Shown: positions 39,484 through 49,506 of the stretch, one piece after another
Numbering within the stretch: position 1 is the stretch's first letter
Layout: each line of letters opens with the position of its first letter
Assembly: GCA_047975405.1 (NCBI GenBank)
Contig: JBKEDO010000032.1
Location: 21,374-85,373, forward strand
Length of the DNA stretch: 64,000 nucleotides
Source: Bacteroides sp.
GTDB lineage: Bacteria; Bacteroidota; Bacteroidia; Bacteroidales; Bacteroidaceae
Direction of reading: 5' to 3'
Notes under the pieces: generated by a model
What the model saw: the letters and a program-made list of their open reading frames with translations, nothing else
Databases searched by the model: none
What the model was told of the DNA's origin: nothing
Translations under genes and position numbers: made by a program

Positions 39484-40554
39484 ATGATTGAAGAGTTTTC
39501 TGACGATATAGATAATGAGATTGACGAAATAGAACCGCTGAACGACAACGGCGAACTTTATGAACATTTTCGCGTTGTTGTAGATAAGGGACAATCGATG
39601 GTGCGGGTGGATAAATATTTGTTCGAACGGATCATTAATGCTTCCCGAAATCGGATTCAAAAAGCGGCAGATGGAGGGTTTGTCATGGCGAATGGCAAAC
39701 CGGTGAAGAGTAGCTATAAGGTGAAGCCGTGTGATGTGATCACGGTGATGATGGATCGTCCACGCTATGAGAATGAGATTATTCCGGAGGACATTCCTCT
39801 GAATATTGTCTATGAGGATGATACGTTGATGGTGGTGAATAAACCGGCGGGACTAGTGGTGCATCCCGGACATGGGAACTATCACGGGACGTTGGTCAAT
39901 GCGTTAGCTTGGCACTTGAAGGAGGTACCCGGTTATGATGCGAATGATCCGCATGTGGGACTAGTGCATCGTATCGATAAAGATACTTCCGGTTTATTGG
40001 TGATTGCCAAAACGCCGGATGCGAAGACTCATCTGGGACTTCAGTTCTTTAATAAGACCACGAAGCGCCAATACCGTGCTTTGGTTTGGGGAACAGTTGA
40101 ACAGGATGAAGGAACCATTGTCGGGAATATTGCTCGTAACCCTAAAGACCGAATGCAGATGGCGGTGATGAGCGACCCTGAAGTTGGTAAGCCTGCCGTT
40201 ACGCACTATCGGGTGTTGGAACGCTTGGGTTATGTGACTTTAGTTGAATGTCGTCTGGAAACCGGACGTACGCATCAGATTAGGGTGCATATGAAGCATA
40301 TCGGCCATGTGTTGTTCAATGATGAACGCTATGGCGGACACGAAATTCTTAAAGGAACTCATTTTAGTAAATATAAACAATTTGTGAATAACTGCTTTGC
40401 GACTTGTCCGCGACAAGCCTTACATGCGATGACATTGGGCTTTGTGCATCCGGTTACCGGGAAGGAAATGTTTTTTACTTCTGAGATGCCTGATGACATG
40501 ACACAGTTGATCGAGAAGTGGAGGGGTTATATTAGTAATCGAGATTTAGAATGA
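39484..40554 (+). CDS. rluD: RluA-family pseudouridine synthase (RluD-like)
   Basis: S4 domain, VNKPAGLVVHP, VHRIDKDTSG, LETGRTHQIRVH. Confidence 0.88.
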   Translation: MIEEFSDDIDNEIDEIEPLNDNGELYEHFRVVVDKGQSMVRVDKYLFERIINASRNRIQKAADGGFVMANGKPVKSSYKVKPCDVITVMMDRPRYENEIIPEDIPLNIVYEDDTLMVVNKPAGLVVHPGHGNYHGTLVNALAWHLKEVPGYDANDPHVGLVHRIDKDTSGLLVIAKTPDAKTHLGLQFFNKTTKRQYRALVWGTVEQDEGTIVGNIARNPKDRMQMAVMSDPEVGKPAVTHYRVLERLGYVTLVECRLETGRTHQIRVHMKHIGHVLFNDERYGGHEILKGTHFSKYKQFVNNCFATCPRQALHAMTLGFVHPVTGKEMFFTSEMPDDMTQLIEKWRGYISNRDLE

Positions 40555-41528
40555 AACGCATTATTGCTATTGTAGCCGGAGGGGACACCTCTGAGTTTCA
40601 TGTTTCCCTGCGTAGTGCACAGGGAATTTATTCCTTCATTGATAAGGATAAATATGAGTTGTATATTGTTGAGATGGAGGGCTTACGCTGGGAGGTAGAA
40701 CTTCCGGATGGTGGCAAGGCTCCAATCGACCGAAACGACTTTAGTTTTGTGTGTAATGGACGAAAGGTCGTGTTCGACTTTGCTTATATTACCATACACG
40801 GAACACCGGGTGAGGATGGACGATTACAGGGCTATTTCGACCTGTTGCGTATTCCATATTCTTGCTGTGGCGTTTTACCGGCGGCTATTACATACGATAA
40901 GTTCGCTTGTAATCAGTACCTCAAGGCCTTTGGTATTCGCATCGCGGAATCACTGATGCTACGTCGCGGACAATCGGCTACTGATGATCAGGTGGTGGAA
41001 ACAGTGGGCTTACCTTGTTTCATCAAACCGAGCCTTGGTGGATCGAGCTTTGGGGTGACTAAGGTTAAGGAGCGCACAGCGATTCAACCGGCTATTCACA
41101 AAGCGTTCGAAGAAGCCGATGAGGTGATCGTTGAAGCTTTTATGGATGGCATGGAACTGACCTGCGGTTGCTATAAGACGAAGGATAAAGCGGTACTTTT
41201 CCCGCCAACGGAAGTGGTGACGCATAATGAGTTTTTTGATTATGACGCTAAATATAATGGAGAGGTTGATGAAATCACCCCGGCTCGTATTTCTCAGGAA
41301 TTGACGCAACGGGTACAGGCTTTGACTTCTGCCATTTATGATATATTGGGTTGTTCGGGTATTATCCGTGTGGATTATATCGTGACAGCCGGTGAGAAAA
41401 TAAATCTTCTTGAAGTGAACACAACTCCGGGAATGACGGCTACTAGCTTTATCCCGCAACAAGTGAGAGCGGCTGGTCTGGATATTCAGGAGGTGATGAC
41501 CGATATCATTGAGAATAAGTTTAATTAA
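40551..41528 (+). CDS. ddl: D-alanine--D-alanine ligase
   Basis: GGDTSEFHVSLRS, IHGTPGEDG, GSSFG, FFDYDAKY, LEVNTTPG. Confidence 0.96.
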   Translation: MKRIIAIVAGGDTSEFHVSLRSAQGIYSFIDKDKYELYIVEMEGLRWEVELPDGGKAPIDRNDFSFVCNGRKVVFDFAYITIHGTPGEDGRLQGYFDLLRIPYSCCGVLPAAITYDKFACNQYLKAFGIRIAESLMLRRGQSATDDQVVETVGLPCFIKPSLGGSSFGVTKVKERTAIQPAIHKAFEEADEVIVEAFMDGMELTCGCYKTKDKAVLFPPTEVVTHNEFFDYDAKYNGEVDEITPARISQELTQRVQALTSAIYDILGCSGIIRVDYIVTAGEKINLLEVNTTPGMTATSFIPQQVRAAGLDIQEVMTDIIENKFN

Positions 41529-41540
41529 GAGGTTGTAAGA

Positions 41541-42689
41541 ATGACTAGTACTGAATTTGACGAGATTCGTCCTTATCATGATGAGGAGCTTCCTCAAGTC
41601 TTTGAGGAATTGATCGCTGATCCGGCATTTCAAGAGGCGTCTCGTGTCGTGATGCCGGATGTTCCTTTTTCTGTTTTGGAGGGAATGATTAGATCGTGTA
41701 AAACTAAACTGGATTTTCAAAAGATGTTTTGCTATAGACTCTTATGGAAATTGGCCGGTGCACATACCGATGGATTGGATATGGCGTTCTCGCCCGATAA
41801 TGATCTTTCGAAAGCATACACGTATATTTCTAATCATCGGGATATCATCTTGGATTCCGGGTTCCTTTCGATTTTATTGGTCGATAAGGGATTGGATACG
41901 GTGGAGATTGCGATTGGCGATAATCTGTTGATTTGTCCTTGGATCAATAAACTGGTACGGGTGAATAAATCGTTTATTGTACAACGGGCATTGACGATGC
42001 GCCAGATGTTGGAATCATCGGCTCGGATGTCTCGTTATATGCATTTTACCATTGGCGAGAAGAAACAATCGATTTGGATCGCTCAACGTGAAGGACGCGC
42101 GAAAGACTCGAACGACCGTACGCAGGATAGCATCTTGAAGATGATCGCTATGGGAGGTACGGGTGACGTGGTCGACCGATTATTGGAAATGAATATTGCG
42201 CCGTTGGCGATCTCATATGAGTATGATCCTTGTGATTATCTTAAAGCTCAAGAGTTTCAGTTGAAACGCGACGTTGAGGGATACAAGAAGAGTACTCAGG
42301 ATGATTTGATGAATATGGAAACGGGGCTGTTCGGCTATAAAGGACAGGTGCACTTTCAGGTGGCCACTTGCATTAATGACGAACTGGAGAAGATGGACCG
42401 ATCGCTGTCGAAAGTCGATTTGTTTACACGTATCTCGACTCTGATCGACCGACGTATTCATGCAAATTATCGCATTTATCCGGGAAATTATGTGGCTTAC
42501 GACTTACTGAACGGTGGGGCGACTTTTGCGGAGCATTACTCGGATGAGGAACAAACTAAATTTGAATCGTATCTGACTGGTCAGCTTGAGAAGATTGTCA
42601 TTCCGAATAAGGATGAAGCTTTCTTACGGGAACGGTTGTTGACGATGTATGCTAATCCGTTAATCAATCATTTACAGGCTATTCAATGA
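41541..42689 (+). CDS. Phospholipid/glycerol acyltransferase (PlsC-like)
   Basis: SNHRDIILD (HX4D) and IAQREGRAKD motifs. Confidence 0.85.
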   Translation: MTSTEFDEIRPYHDEELPQVFEELIADPAFQEASRVVMPDVPFSVLEGMIRSCKTKLDFQKMFCYRLLWKLAGAHTDGLDMAFSPDNDLSKAYTYISNHRDIILDSGFLSILLVDKGLDTVEIAIGDNLLICPWINKLVRVNKSFIVQRALTMRQMLESSARMSRYMHFTIGEKKQSIWIAQREGRAKDSNDRTQDSILKMIAMGGTGDVVDRLLEMNIAPLAISYEYDPCDYLKAQEFQLKRDVEGYKKSTQDDLMNMETGLFGYKGQVHFQVATCINDELEKMDRSLSKVDLFTRISTLIDRRIHANYRIYPGNYVAYDLLNGGATFAEHYSDEEQTKFESYLTGQLEKIVIPNKDEAFLRERLLTMYANPLINHLQAIQ

Positions 42690-43384
42690 GCAGAAAAGGG
42701 TCACTAGGCATATTGTTACTCTCTTTAATGATTTTAATGGGATGTAGCCGTAAGGAGGACTATGTGTATCCTCCGGTAGCGTTGGAATTTCTAACCGCTA
42801 AGGTTGGGAACGACGGACGGCTGAGCACGATTTTAACCGATCGGGGGGAACAATATGAGGTGACTGAGGATCGGACGGGTTTTCAAGGCGTGGCTGATAA
42901 AGAGGTGCGTATCATTGCGAACTATGAGGTGCTGCCCGACAATGGTGGAGCATCGGCTCGTGTATATGCTTTAAGAGAAACCCTTTCTTTGGATCCGGTA
43001 TTAGCTTCGAGTTTGGAGAATGGAGTAAAAACGGACCCGGCAGAGGTGGTGAGCATTTGGACGGGACGGGAATACTTAAATATCATTCTGTCTTTAATGG
43101 CAAAGGATCGGATTCATCGGTTCCATTTTATTGAAGAACAAGTGAGTGAGGATGTCGATTCTCGAATGGTTAAAATCCTGCTCTATCATGATGCTGATGG
43201 CGATATGGAGGCTTTTTCTAAGCGGGCTTATCTTTCTATTCCGTTAAGAAAGTATTTGGTGGATATTGGTACTAAAAAACTGTTGGTGGGCTTTGAATAT
43301 TATCGTCGGGATAGATCGGGTGCGCTTGTAAAGGAGAGCCGTTATGCAAACCCGGGGTTTGAATATATACCGAATAAGGATTGA
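42686..43384 (+). CDS. Lipoprotein, NigD-like
   Basis: Lipobox LMGC; TDRG..Y, RIIANY, TDPAEVVSIW..REYLNI, LYHD pattern recalled for NigD-like proteins. Confidence 0.6.
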   Translation: MSRKGSLGILLLSLMILMGCSRKEDYVYPPVALEFLTAKVGNDGRLSTILTDRGEQYEVTEDRTGFQGVADKEVRIIANYEVLPDNGGASARVYALRETLSLDPVLASSLENGVKTDPAEVVSIWTGREYLNIILSLMAKDRIHRFHFIEEQVSEDVDSRMVKILLYHDADGDMEAFSKRAYLSIPLRKYLVDIGTKKLLVGFEYYRRDRSGALVKESRYANPGFEYIPNKD

Positions 43385-43405
43385 GCCGTATTAAATAACG
43401 ATCAT

Positions 43406-43461
43406 AAACAGTGCTCCCCTCGTGATTTCATTTTACAGAAGTCGTGAGGGGAGCGTTGTTT
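43406..43461. terminator. Bidirectional terminator between convergent operons
   Basis: AAACAGTGCTCCCCTCGTGA...TCGTGAGGGGAGCGTTGTTT. Confidence 0.7.
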
Positions 43462-43466
43462 TAAGA

Positions 43467-44423
43467 CTATTTGAGCTCTTCTAAGAGTCGTTTAAGAACA
43501 ACGGTTGCCGAGATCTCCCGATTGGCAGCTTGTGGGATGACAATCGACTGTGGGCTTTCGATGACATCATCGGTCACAATCATGTTTCGTCTCACGGGTA
43601 AGCAGTGCATGAAATAAGCTTCATTGGTCACCGCCATCTGTCGGTCGCTAACAGTCCAAGATCGATCGGACGATAGAACTTTCCCATAATGATCGCCTTG
43701 ATAGGCCGCCCAGTTCTTAGCATAAATGAAATCTGCGCCTTCGAAGGCTTTCATCTGATCATATTCAATTCGAGCGTTACCGGCAAACATGGGATCGAGT
43801 TCGTAACCTTCCGGATGGGTAATCACAAAGTCGTAGTCGGTAGCATTCATCCATTCTGCAAAAGAATTAGGCACGGCTTGTGGCAATGCTTTAGGATGTG
43901 GAGCCCAGGTGAGTACGACTTTAGGGCGAGCTGTTTTTTTATACTCTTCAATGGTGATGAGGTCGGCGAAACTCTGAAGGGGGTGACGAGTTGCAGCTTC
44001 CATCGAGAAGACGGGACGTCCGGAGTATTGAATGAATTGGTTGATAATCACTTCTTGATAATCGTACTCACGGCTTTCGAAACGAGCGAATGAACGAACG
44101 CCGATCACGTCGCAATAGCATCCCATCACAGGAATGGCCTCGAGGAGGTGCTCGGGTTTGTCTCCGTCCATGATGACTCCTCGCTCGGTCTCTAACTGCC
44201 ATGCACCTTGATTAATGTCGAGTACAATGACATTCATTCCCAAATTTTGTGCAGCCTTTTGGGTGCTTAATCTGGTACGCAAACTCGAGTTGAAGAAGAT
44301 CATCATCAACGTTTTGTTACGTCCGAGTTCGACGTATTTGAAGCGATCGTTCTTAATCTCAAAGGCATCGGCAAGGGCTGTTTGTAGATTGCCGATATCT
44401 TGTACGCATGTAAATTTCTTCAT
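43467..44423 (-). CDS. argF: N-succinyl/N-acetylornithine carbamoyltransferase (Bacteroides ArgF')
   Basis: SSLRTR, HPLQ, WAPHPKALPQAV, HCLPVRRN. Confidence 0.93.
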   Translation of the reverse strand: MKKFTCVQDIGNLQTALADAFEIKNDRFKYVELGRNKTLMMIFFNSSLRTRLSTQKAAQNLGMNVIVLDINQGAWQLETERGVIMDGDKPEHLLEAIPVMGCYCDVIGVRSFARFESREYDYQEVIINQFIQYSGRPVFSMEAATRHPLQSFADLITIEEYKKTARPKVVLTWAPHPKALPQAVPNSFAEWMNATDYDFVITHPEGYELDPMFAGNARIEYDQMKAFEGADFIYAKNWAAYQGDHYGKVLSSDRSWTVSDRQMAVTNEAYFMHCLPVRRNMIVTDDVIESPQSIVIPQAANREISATVVLKRLLEELK

Positions 44424-44450
44424 AATTTTCGAGTTATGATGTTTTTTGAA

Positions 44451-45704
44451 TTAATTTCTGATTTGTCCGTTTCCTTCTATAATCCATTTATAGGAGGTCA
44501 GCTCTTCGAGTCCCATAGGGCCTCGGGCATGTAGCTTTTGAGTGCTGATACCAATCTCTGCTCCTAGACCGAACTGGGCTCCATCGGTAAAGGCGGTAGA
44601 AACATTGGTGTATACGCAAGCTGCATCTACGGCTCTCATAAAACGGTTGGCTGTGGCCTGATCCTCGGTGAGGATACATTCGCTATGCTTCGAGCTGTAG
44701 CGACGGATGTGATCTAGCGCTTCGTCCAATCCGGATACGGTTTTAATAGCCATCTTGTAGTCCAGAAACTCTGTGCCGAAATGTTCTGAAGTGGCTTCTT
44801 GCAGAAGGTTGGTCGGATAGTGGTCAGCTAACTGTTGATAAGCTTCAGAATCGGCGTAGATGAACACGTTTTTTTCTTGTAGCGGCGCACAAAGCTGTGG
44901 AAGATCACTTAATCGTTTCTTATGAATAATGAGGCAGTCGAGTGCATTGCAAACACTGACCCGACGGGTTTTTGCATTGGCGATGATCGCGGTTCCTTTG
45001 GCAAGGTCACCTTGTTCGTCAAAGTAGGTATGGCAAATTCCTGCCCCTGTCTCAATGACCGGGATGATGGAATGTTCGCGAACGAACTGGATCAGCTGAC
45101 TGCTTCCTCTAGGTATGATGAGGTCTACTTTCCCGGTGGCTCGTAATAACGCTTCTGTAGCTAAACGGTCGGAAGGGAGTAGCTCCACAATGCTGGGATC
45201 GACGGCATGTTCTGTGAGAACCTCGTGGATCAAGGCGATGATGGCGCGATTGGAATGTTCGGCGTCGCTTCCTCCTTTCAGTATGCAGGCGTTTCCGCTT
45301 TTTAAGCAAAGAGCAAAAACATCGAAACTGACATTCGGGCGAGCTTCATAGATGATACCGATCACACCAAACGGAACGGTGACTTGCTTTAAATGCATCC
45401 CATTGGGGCGAGTCTCCTCTTTTAGGACTCGATCTAATGGATTGGGCAGTGAAGCGACGTGGCGCAAGCCATTTGCAATTTCTTTTAGTCGCTCTTCCGT
45501 TAACTTTAATCGATCGTACTTGGGGTTCGTGCGCTCCATCTGTTTGAGGTCCTTCTCATTCTCTGATAGGAGGTTTGAGAGGCTGGCTTCTGTACGGTCG
45601 GCTATGGCATGCAAGATTGTTCGGATCTGTTGATCGCTTAAATCAATCAAGGTTCGACTGGCGACTTGTACCTTTTCGAATATAGAGTTTAACTGAGTTT
45701 CCAT
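44451..45704 (-). CDS. proA: Glutamate-5-semialdehyde dehydrogenase
   Basis: [44 protein letters not shown]. Confidence 0.97.
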   Translation of the reverse strand: METQLNSIFEKVQVASRTLIDLSDQQIRTILHAIADRTEASLSNLLSENEKDLKQMERTNPKYDRLKLTEERLKEIANGLRHVASLPNPLDRVLKEETRPNGMHLKQVTVPFGVIGIIYEARPNVSFDVFALCLKSGNACILKGGSDAEHSNRAIIALIHEVLTEHAVDPSIVELLPSDRLATEALLRATGKVDLIIPRGSSQLIQFVREHSIIPVIETGAGICHTYFDEQGDLAKGTAIIANAKTRRVSVCNALDCLIIHKKRLSDLPQLCAPLQEKNVFIYADSEAYQQLADHYPTNLLQEATSEHFGTEFLDYKMAIKTVSGLDEALDHIRRYSSKHSECILTEDQATANRFMRAVDAACVYTNVSTAFTDGAQFGLGAEIGISTQKLHARGPMGLEELTSYKWIIEGNGQIRN

Positions 45705-45835
45705 GATCAGTGATAAATAAAAAATGAAAGTTGTAAATACAAAAATAATGAAATCTGCTTGAAAAAGCGGATCTCATTATAGATAATTGTTTCTAAGGCT
45801 TTTAAAAACGTTAAAAGCTGATACTTATACTGTTT

Positions 45836-46921
45836 CTATTCAATATAGAGGTAGTCGTAGTGGACAATGGCTTTCTTTCCGCGTTTCCCAATCACCTTTT
45901 CGGCTTGCTCGGAACTGCAGTCCACTTTTCCCACTCCGATGGGTTCATTGTTGAAGTTGATGATGCGAACAATATCGTCTTTCTCAAATTCTCCTTCAAT
46001 ACGCGTAATGCCTATGGGAAGTATGCTTGTCGCTTTGTTCGGATCGGTGATAATGTTTGTGGCTTCTTCGTTGATGTAAATTCGTCCTTTCGCAAAGCCG
46101 TCACTATGTGCAATCCATTTCTTGATGTTCGATACCGGGTGATCGGAAGGTTGGAAGTGGGTGCAGATGGTGTTTTCTGGGTGGTTGAGCAGATCCGTCA
46201 AGATGTGTTCACGTTTTCCATTGGCGACGATCACCGCAATACCTTCGTCGGCCACTTTCCCTGCAATGCGGGTTTTAGTCAGCATGCCTCCTCGTCCGAA
46301 TGAGGATTTGTTGGTTTGGATATAAGCGGTTAGGTCTTCTCCGGGTTTGATGGTTCGGATGACTTGACTATTTGGGTCGGCGGGCGTCCCATTATATATG
46401 CCGTCAATGTTGCTTAGAATGATCAGGAGTTGGGCATTCATCATAGAAGCGATAAGTCCCGAGAGTTCGTCGTTGTCGGTAAACATGAGCTCACTGATCG
46501 AAATGGTGTCGTTCTCATTGATGATCGGGATGACGCCATTGGCTAACATGACCGACATGCAGTTCTTCTGGGTGAGGTAGTGTTGGCGGGTGCTAAAATT
46601 TTCTTTTGTGGTGAGGACTTGTCCAACCGGAATGCCATATTCTCTGAACAGTTCGTAATAGCGATTGATCAGTTTGACCTGCCCGATGGCAGAGAACAAT
46701 TGGCGTTGGTCCACATGGTCGAGTTTTGTGGTTTGTTGCATTTCACTCCGTCCGGATGCAACGGCACCTGATGAGATCAATAAGACTTCTATACCTTTAC
46801 GATGGAGTGCGGCAATCTGATCGACAAGTGCCGACATGCGTGTGATGTCTAGCGTACCGTCTTGACGAGTAAGTACATTGCTACCAATCTTTATGGTGAT
46901 GCGTGTAAAAGATGAATTCAT
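45836..46921 (-). CDS. proB: Glutamate 5-kinase
   Basis: IKIGSNVL, SSGAVASG, NENDT, FTDNDELS, GRGGMLTK, PUA domain. Confidence 0.97.
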   Translation of the reverse strand: MNSSFTRITIKIGSNVLTRQDGTLDITRMSALVDQIAALHRKGIEVLLISSGAVASGRSEMQQTTKLDHVDQRQLFSAIGQVKLINRYYELFREYGIPVGQVLTTKENFSTRQHYLTQKNCMSVMLANGVIPIINENDTISISELMFTDNDELSGLIASMMNAQLLIILSNIDGIYNGTPADPNSQVIRTIKPGEDLTAYIQTNKSSFGRGGMLTKTRIAGKVADEGIAVIVANGKREHILTDLLNHPENTICTHFQPSDHPVSNIKKWIAHSDGFAKGRIYINEEATNIITDPNKATSILPIGITRIEGEFEKDDIVRIINFNNEPIGVGKVDCSSEQAEKVIGKRGKKAIVHYDYLYIE

Positions 46922-47098
46922 TGTTTTATCAATTAGATTGGCAAATATACAAAATCGTTTATACGAAGTCCATTAATTGGCTCGATATTTGTCTCTTGTC
47001 TATTAATTAGACTAGTCTTGTGATAAAAAAAATATCAGATCATTCCGTAGAACCGAGATGATCTGACCGTTGTTGATGCATTGTTTGTTCGATGAGAA

Positions 47099-47323
47099 TT
47101 ATTGAGTATCCCTTTCGTTTATTATTCTTTGGGCCTCTTCATAATCTTCTTCTGTTACTAAAAGGGATACAGCCGGCGCAATATATGGGGCTAAAGTGCC
47201 TAAGATGCCATCTTTTACTACCGAACGTATGCCATTACTCTCTAACAAGCCTTTAATGATCTCGGCTTCCCATGAGGAACCTGAGAATACCTCTACGGAT
47301 TTTGATTGATCGGTTTTATTCAT
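47099..47323 (-). CDS. DUF2007 putative signal-transducing protein
   Basis: WEAEIIKGLLESNGI...V.EEDYEEA pattern. Confidence 0.8.
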   Translation of the reverse strand: MNKTDQSKSVEVFSGSSWEAEIIKGLLESNGIRSVVKDGILGTLAPYIAPAVSLLVTEEDYEEAQRIINERDTQ

Positions 47324-47387
47324 GATTCATTGTATTAAAGTGTTAGTCTTTATATAACGGAATTTGATACGACTTTGTTGAGTCTAC

Positions 47388-48236
47388 TTATTCGAGTGTG
47401 ATACGTTCTACGGTGATCGATTCGTTTAAGAAGGTGGAGGCAGACTCGATAAATTTATCCTCCGACTCTGTGGTTAAGAATCGGCATTGTCCCCCTTGCG
47501 TGCATCGTTCTTTTATTTCAGGGTGACGAGCCAGATAGTCTTCTAGGCTATGGGCCACGTATTCACCTTGTGCTATAATTGTGACGTCGTTTGGAACGTA
47601 TCTTCGAATTTTGGGCAATAGCAAAGGGTAGTGTGTGCAACCTAAAATGATCGTATCAATTTTAGGATCTCTACTTAGCAATTGGTGGATATGTTTTTGA
47701 ATAAAATAATCAGCTCCTTCGTGTTCGGCTTCATTGTTCTCAACTAAAGGGACCCACATTGGACAAGCCTCGCCGGTTATTTCCATTTGGGGGTAAAGCT
47801 TTTTAATCTCTAATGGATAGGAGTCGGATTTAATGGTACCGGAGGTTGCCAATACACCGACATGCCCACTTTGAGTGATCTGTCCGATACACTCTACGGT
47901 TGGACGGATAACACCTAACACGCGTCGTTGGGGATCAAGCTCTGGTAGATTATTCATTTGTATGCTTCGCAACGCTTTTGCTGAAGCTGTGTTACAGGCT
48001 AAGATGACTAGATGGCATCCCATCTCGAAGAGCTTTTTCACAGCTTGAAGGGTGAACTCATAGACGACCTCGAACGAGCGTGTGCCATATGGGGTACGGG
48101 CATTGTCTCCTAAATAGATATAATCATATTGTGGTAATGTTTCTCTAATCTTGCTGAGAATGGTAAGTCCTCCATATCCGGAGTCGAATACTCCGATGGG
48201 ACCTGGCTGCTGAGGTAACCTTTTATTTGCTGTCAT
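47388..48236 (-). CDS. murI: Glutamate racemase
   Basis: FDSGYGGLT, ACNTAS, LGCTHYP. Confidence 0.97.
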   Translation of the reverse strand: MTANKRLPQQPGPIGVFDSGYGGLTILSKIRETLPQYDYIYLGDNARTPYGTRSFEVVYEFTLQAVKKLFEMGCHLVILACNTASAKALRSIQMNNLPELDPQRRVLGVIRPTVECIGQITQSGHVGVLATSGTIKSDSYPLEIKKLYPQMEITGEACPMWVPLVENNEAEHEGADYFIQKHIHQLLSRDPKIDTIILGCTHYPLLLPKIRRYVPNDVTIIAQGEYVAHSLEDYLARHPEIKERCTQGGQCRFLTTESEDKFIESASTFLNESITVERITLE

Positions 48237-48386
48237 AATACCTAGTTTGAATACTGCAAACTTAGATAAAAAAAATGAAATACCGCCGATTACTGTAAAA
48301 CAAATAAATGGGCTGTAAATAAAAAAAGGATAAAGAAAATTTTTTCTTTATCCTTTTGTGTATAAGGTTATCTCTTGTATTCCTTT

Positions 48387-48902
48387 TTATTTAATACCGA
48401 GATGAGTTTTTACCTTTGTAGTTAGGTTGATGCTTAGTGCTTCGTTGATGTAAGGAATCTGAGTTCTTGCTAAGTCGAAAATGTAAACAACACCTTCTGC
48501 AGCTCCTACAGCTTTGATCGCATCGTCCAATTTCTTATAGATAGGAGCCATCATTTCTCCTTGTGCTTTCTGCATACCTTGAGAAGCCTCTTGTTGGAAT
48601 TGCTCTTGTCTTTGAGCCATGTCTTGCAATTCTTTTTGTCTTCTTTCTGCAATGTTAGCTGGCAATGAATCTTTTGCCATTGCTTGTTGGAATTCTTGAT
48701 ATTTTTTATTGAATTCACCTTGAGTTCTTTCTAGTTCGGCAGTGTATTTCTTTTCCAAAGCCTGAAGATCTGCAATAGCCTTAGTATATTCCGGCATTAC
48801 CGTAATAATTTCTTGGGCATTGATATGACCAAATTTAAGATTTTGTGCAAAGGCTCCTACTGGAAGTGCAAACAAAATGATCAGCGCAATTTTTTTAAGC
48901 AT
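48387..48902 (-). CDS. OmpH/Skp periplasmic chaperone
   Basis: Signal peptide, KFGHIN, coiled coil, position after bamA. Confidence 0.92.
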   Translation of the reverse strand: MLKKIALIILFALPVGAFAQNLKFGHINAQEIITVMPEYTKAIADLQALEKKYTAELERTQGEFNKKYQEFQQAMAKDSLPANIAERRQKELQDMAQRQEQFQQEASQGMQKAQGEMMAPIYKKLDDAIKAVGAAEGVVYIFDLARTQIPYINEALSINLTTKVKTHLGIK

Positions 48903-48964
48903 AGTTTTATAATTTAATTTTTAAAGATTACTGTTTAATGGTTCTCATGTGCAAATGTAGGAAA

Positions 48965-49486
48965 TTAATTTGAATATCCTAGTTTTGCTAAAACTTCATT
49001 GCTGATGTCTATTTTAGGAGAGGCAAAGATAATGCTCGAAGCTGATGCTCTATCAAGAACGATGCTGTAGTTGTATTGCTCAGACAGTTGTTTTACGACT
49101 GCATAAATATTGTCTTGAATGGGTTGCATAAGCTTTTCACGCATCTTGACTAGTTCGCCTTCCGGTCCGAAATATTGTTTTTTTAGTTCTGTAGCTTCTT
49201 TCTCTTTAGCTACAATTTGATCTTCTTTTTGTGTCTTTTGTACAGCCGAGAACTTTGAAGCTTGTGCTTGATAATCTTTAAATAGAACTTGCGCTTCTTT
49301 GATGACGGCTTCGACTTTGTTTTGATACTCTTTTGTTGCTTTCTGAATTTCTTCATTTGCTTGATTATACTCTGGAATGTTATTTAAAATATATTCCATA
49401 TCAATCAGTGCAAATTTCTGTGCATTAGATGTTAAACTCACTGTGAATAAAAGCAATAAACTAAAAATAACTTTTTTCATAATCAT
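48965..49486 (-). CDS. OmpH/Skp periplasmic chaperone
   Basis: QKFALIDMEYIL, YFGPEGEL, DISNEVL. Confidence 0.92.
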   Translation of the reverse strand: MIMKKVIFSLLLLFTVSLTSNAQKFALIDMEYILNNIPEYNQANEEIQKATKEYQNKVEAVIKEAQVLFKDYQAQASKFSAVQKTQKEDQIVAKEKEATELKKQYFGPEGELVKMREKLMQPIQDNIYAVVKQLSEQYNYSIVLDRASASSIIFASPKIDISNEVLAKLGYSN

Positions 49487-49506
49487 CTTGCTTTAGGTAA
49501 AACATT

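Noticed and set aside
41010..41720. 236-aa antisense ORF
   Set aside because: It is a shadow of ddl and the acyltransferase with no recognisable motif; the same applies to the other short antisense ORFs in the track.
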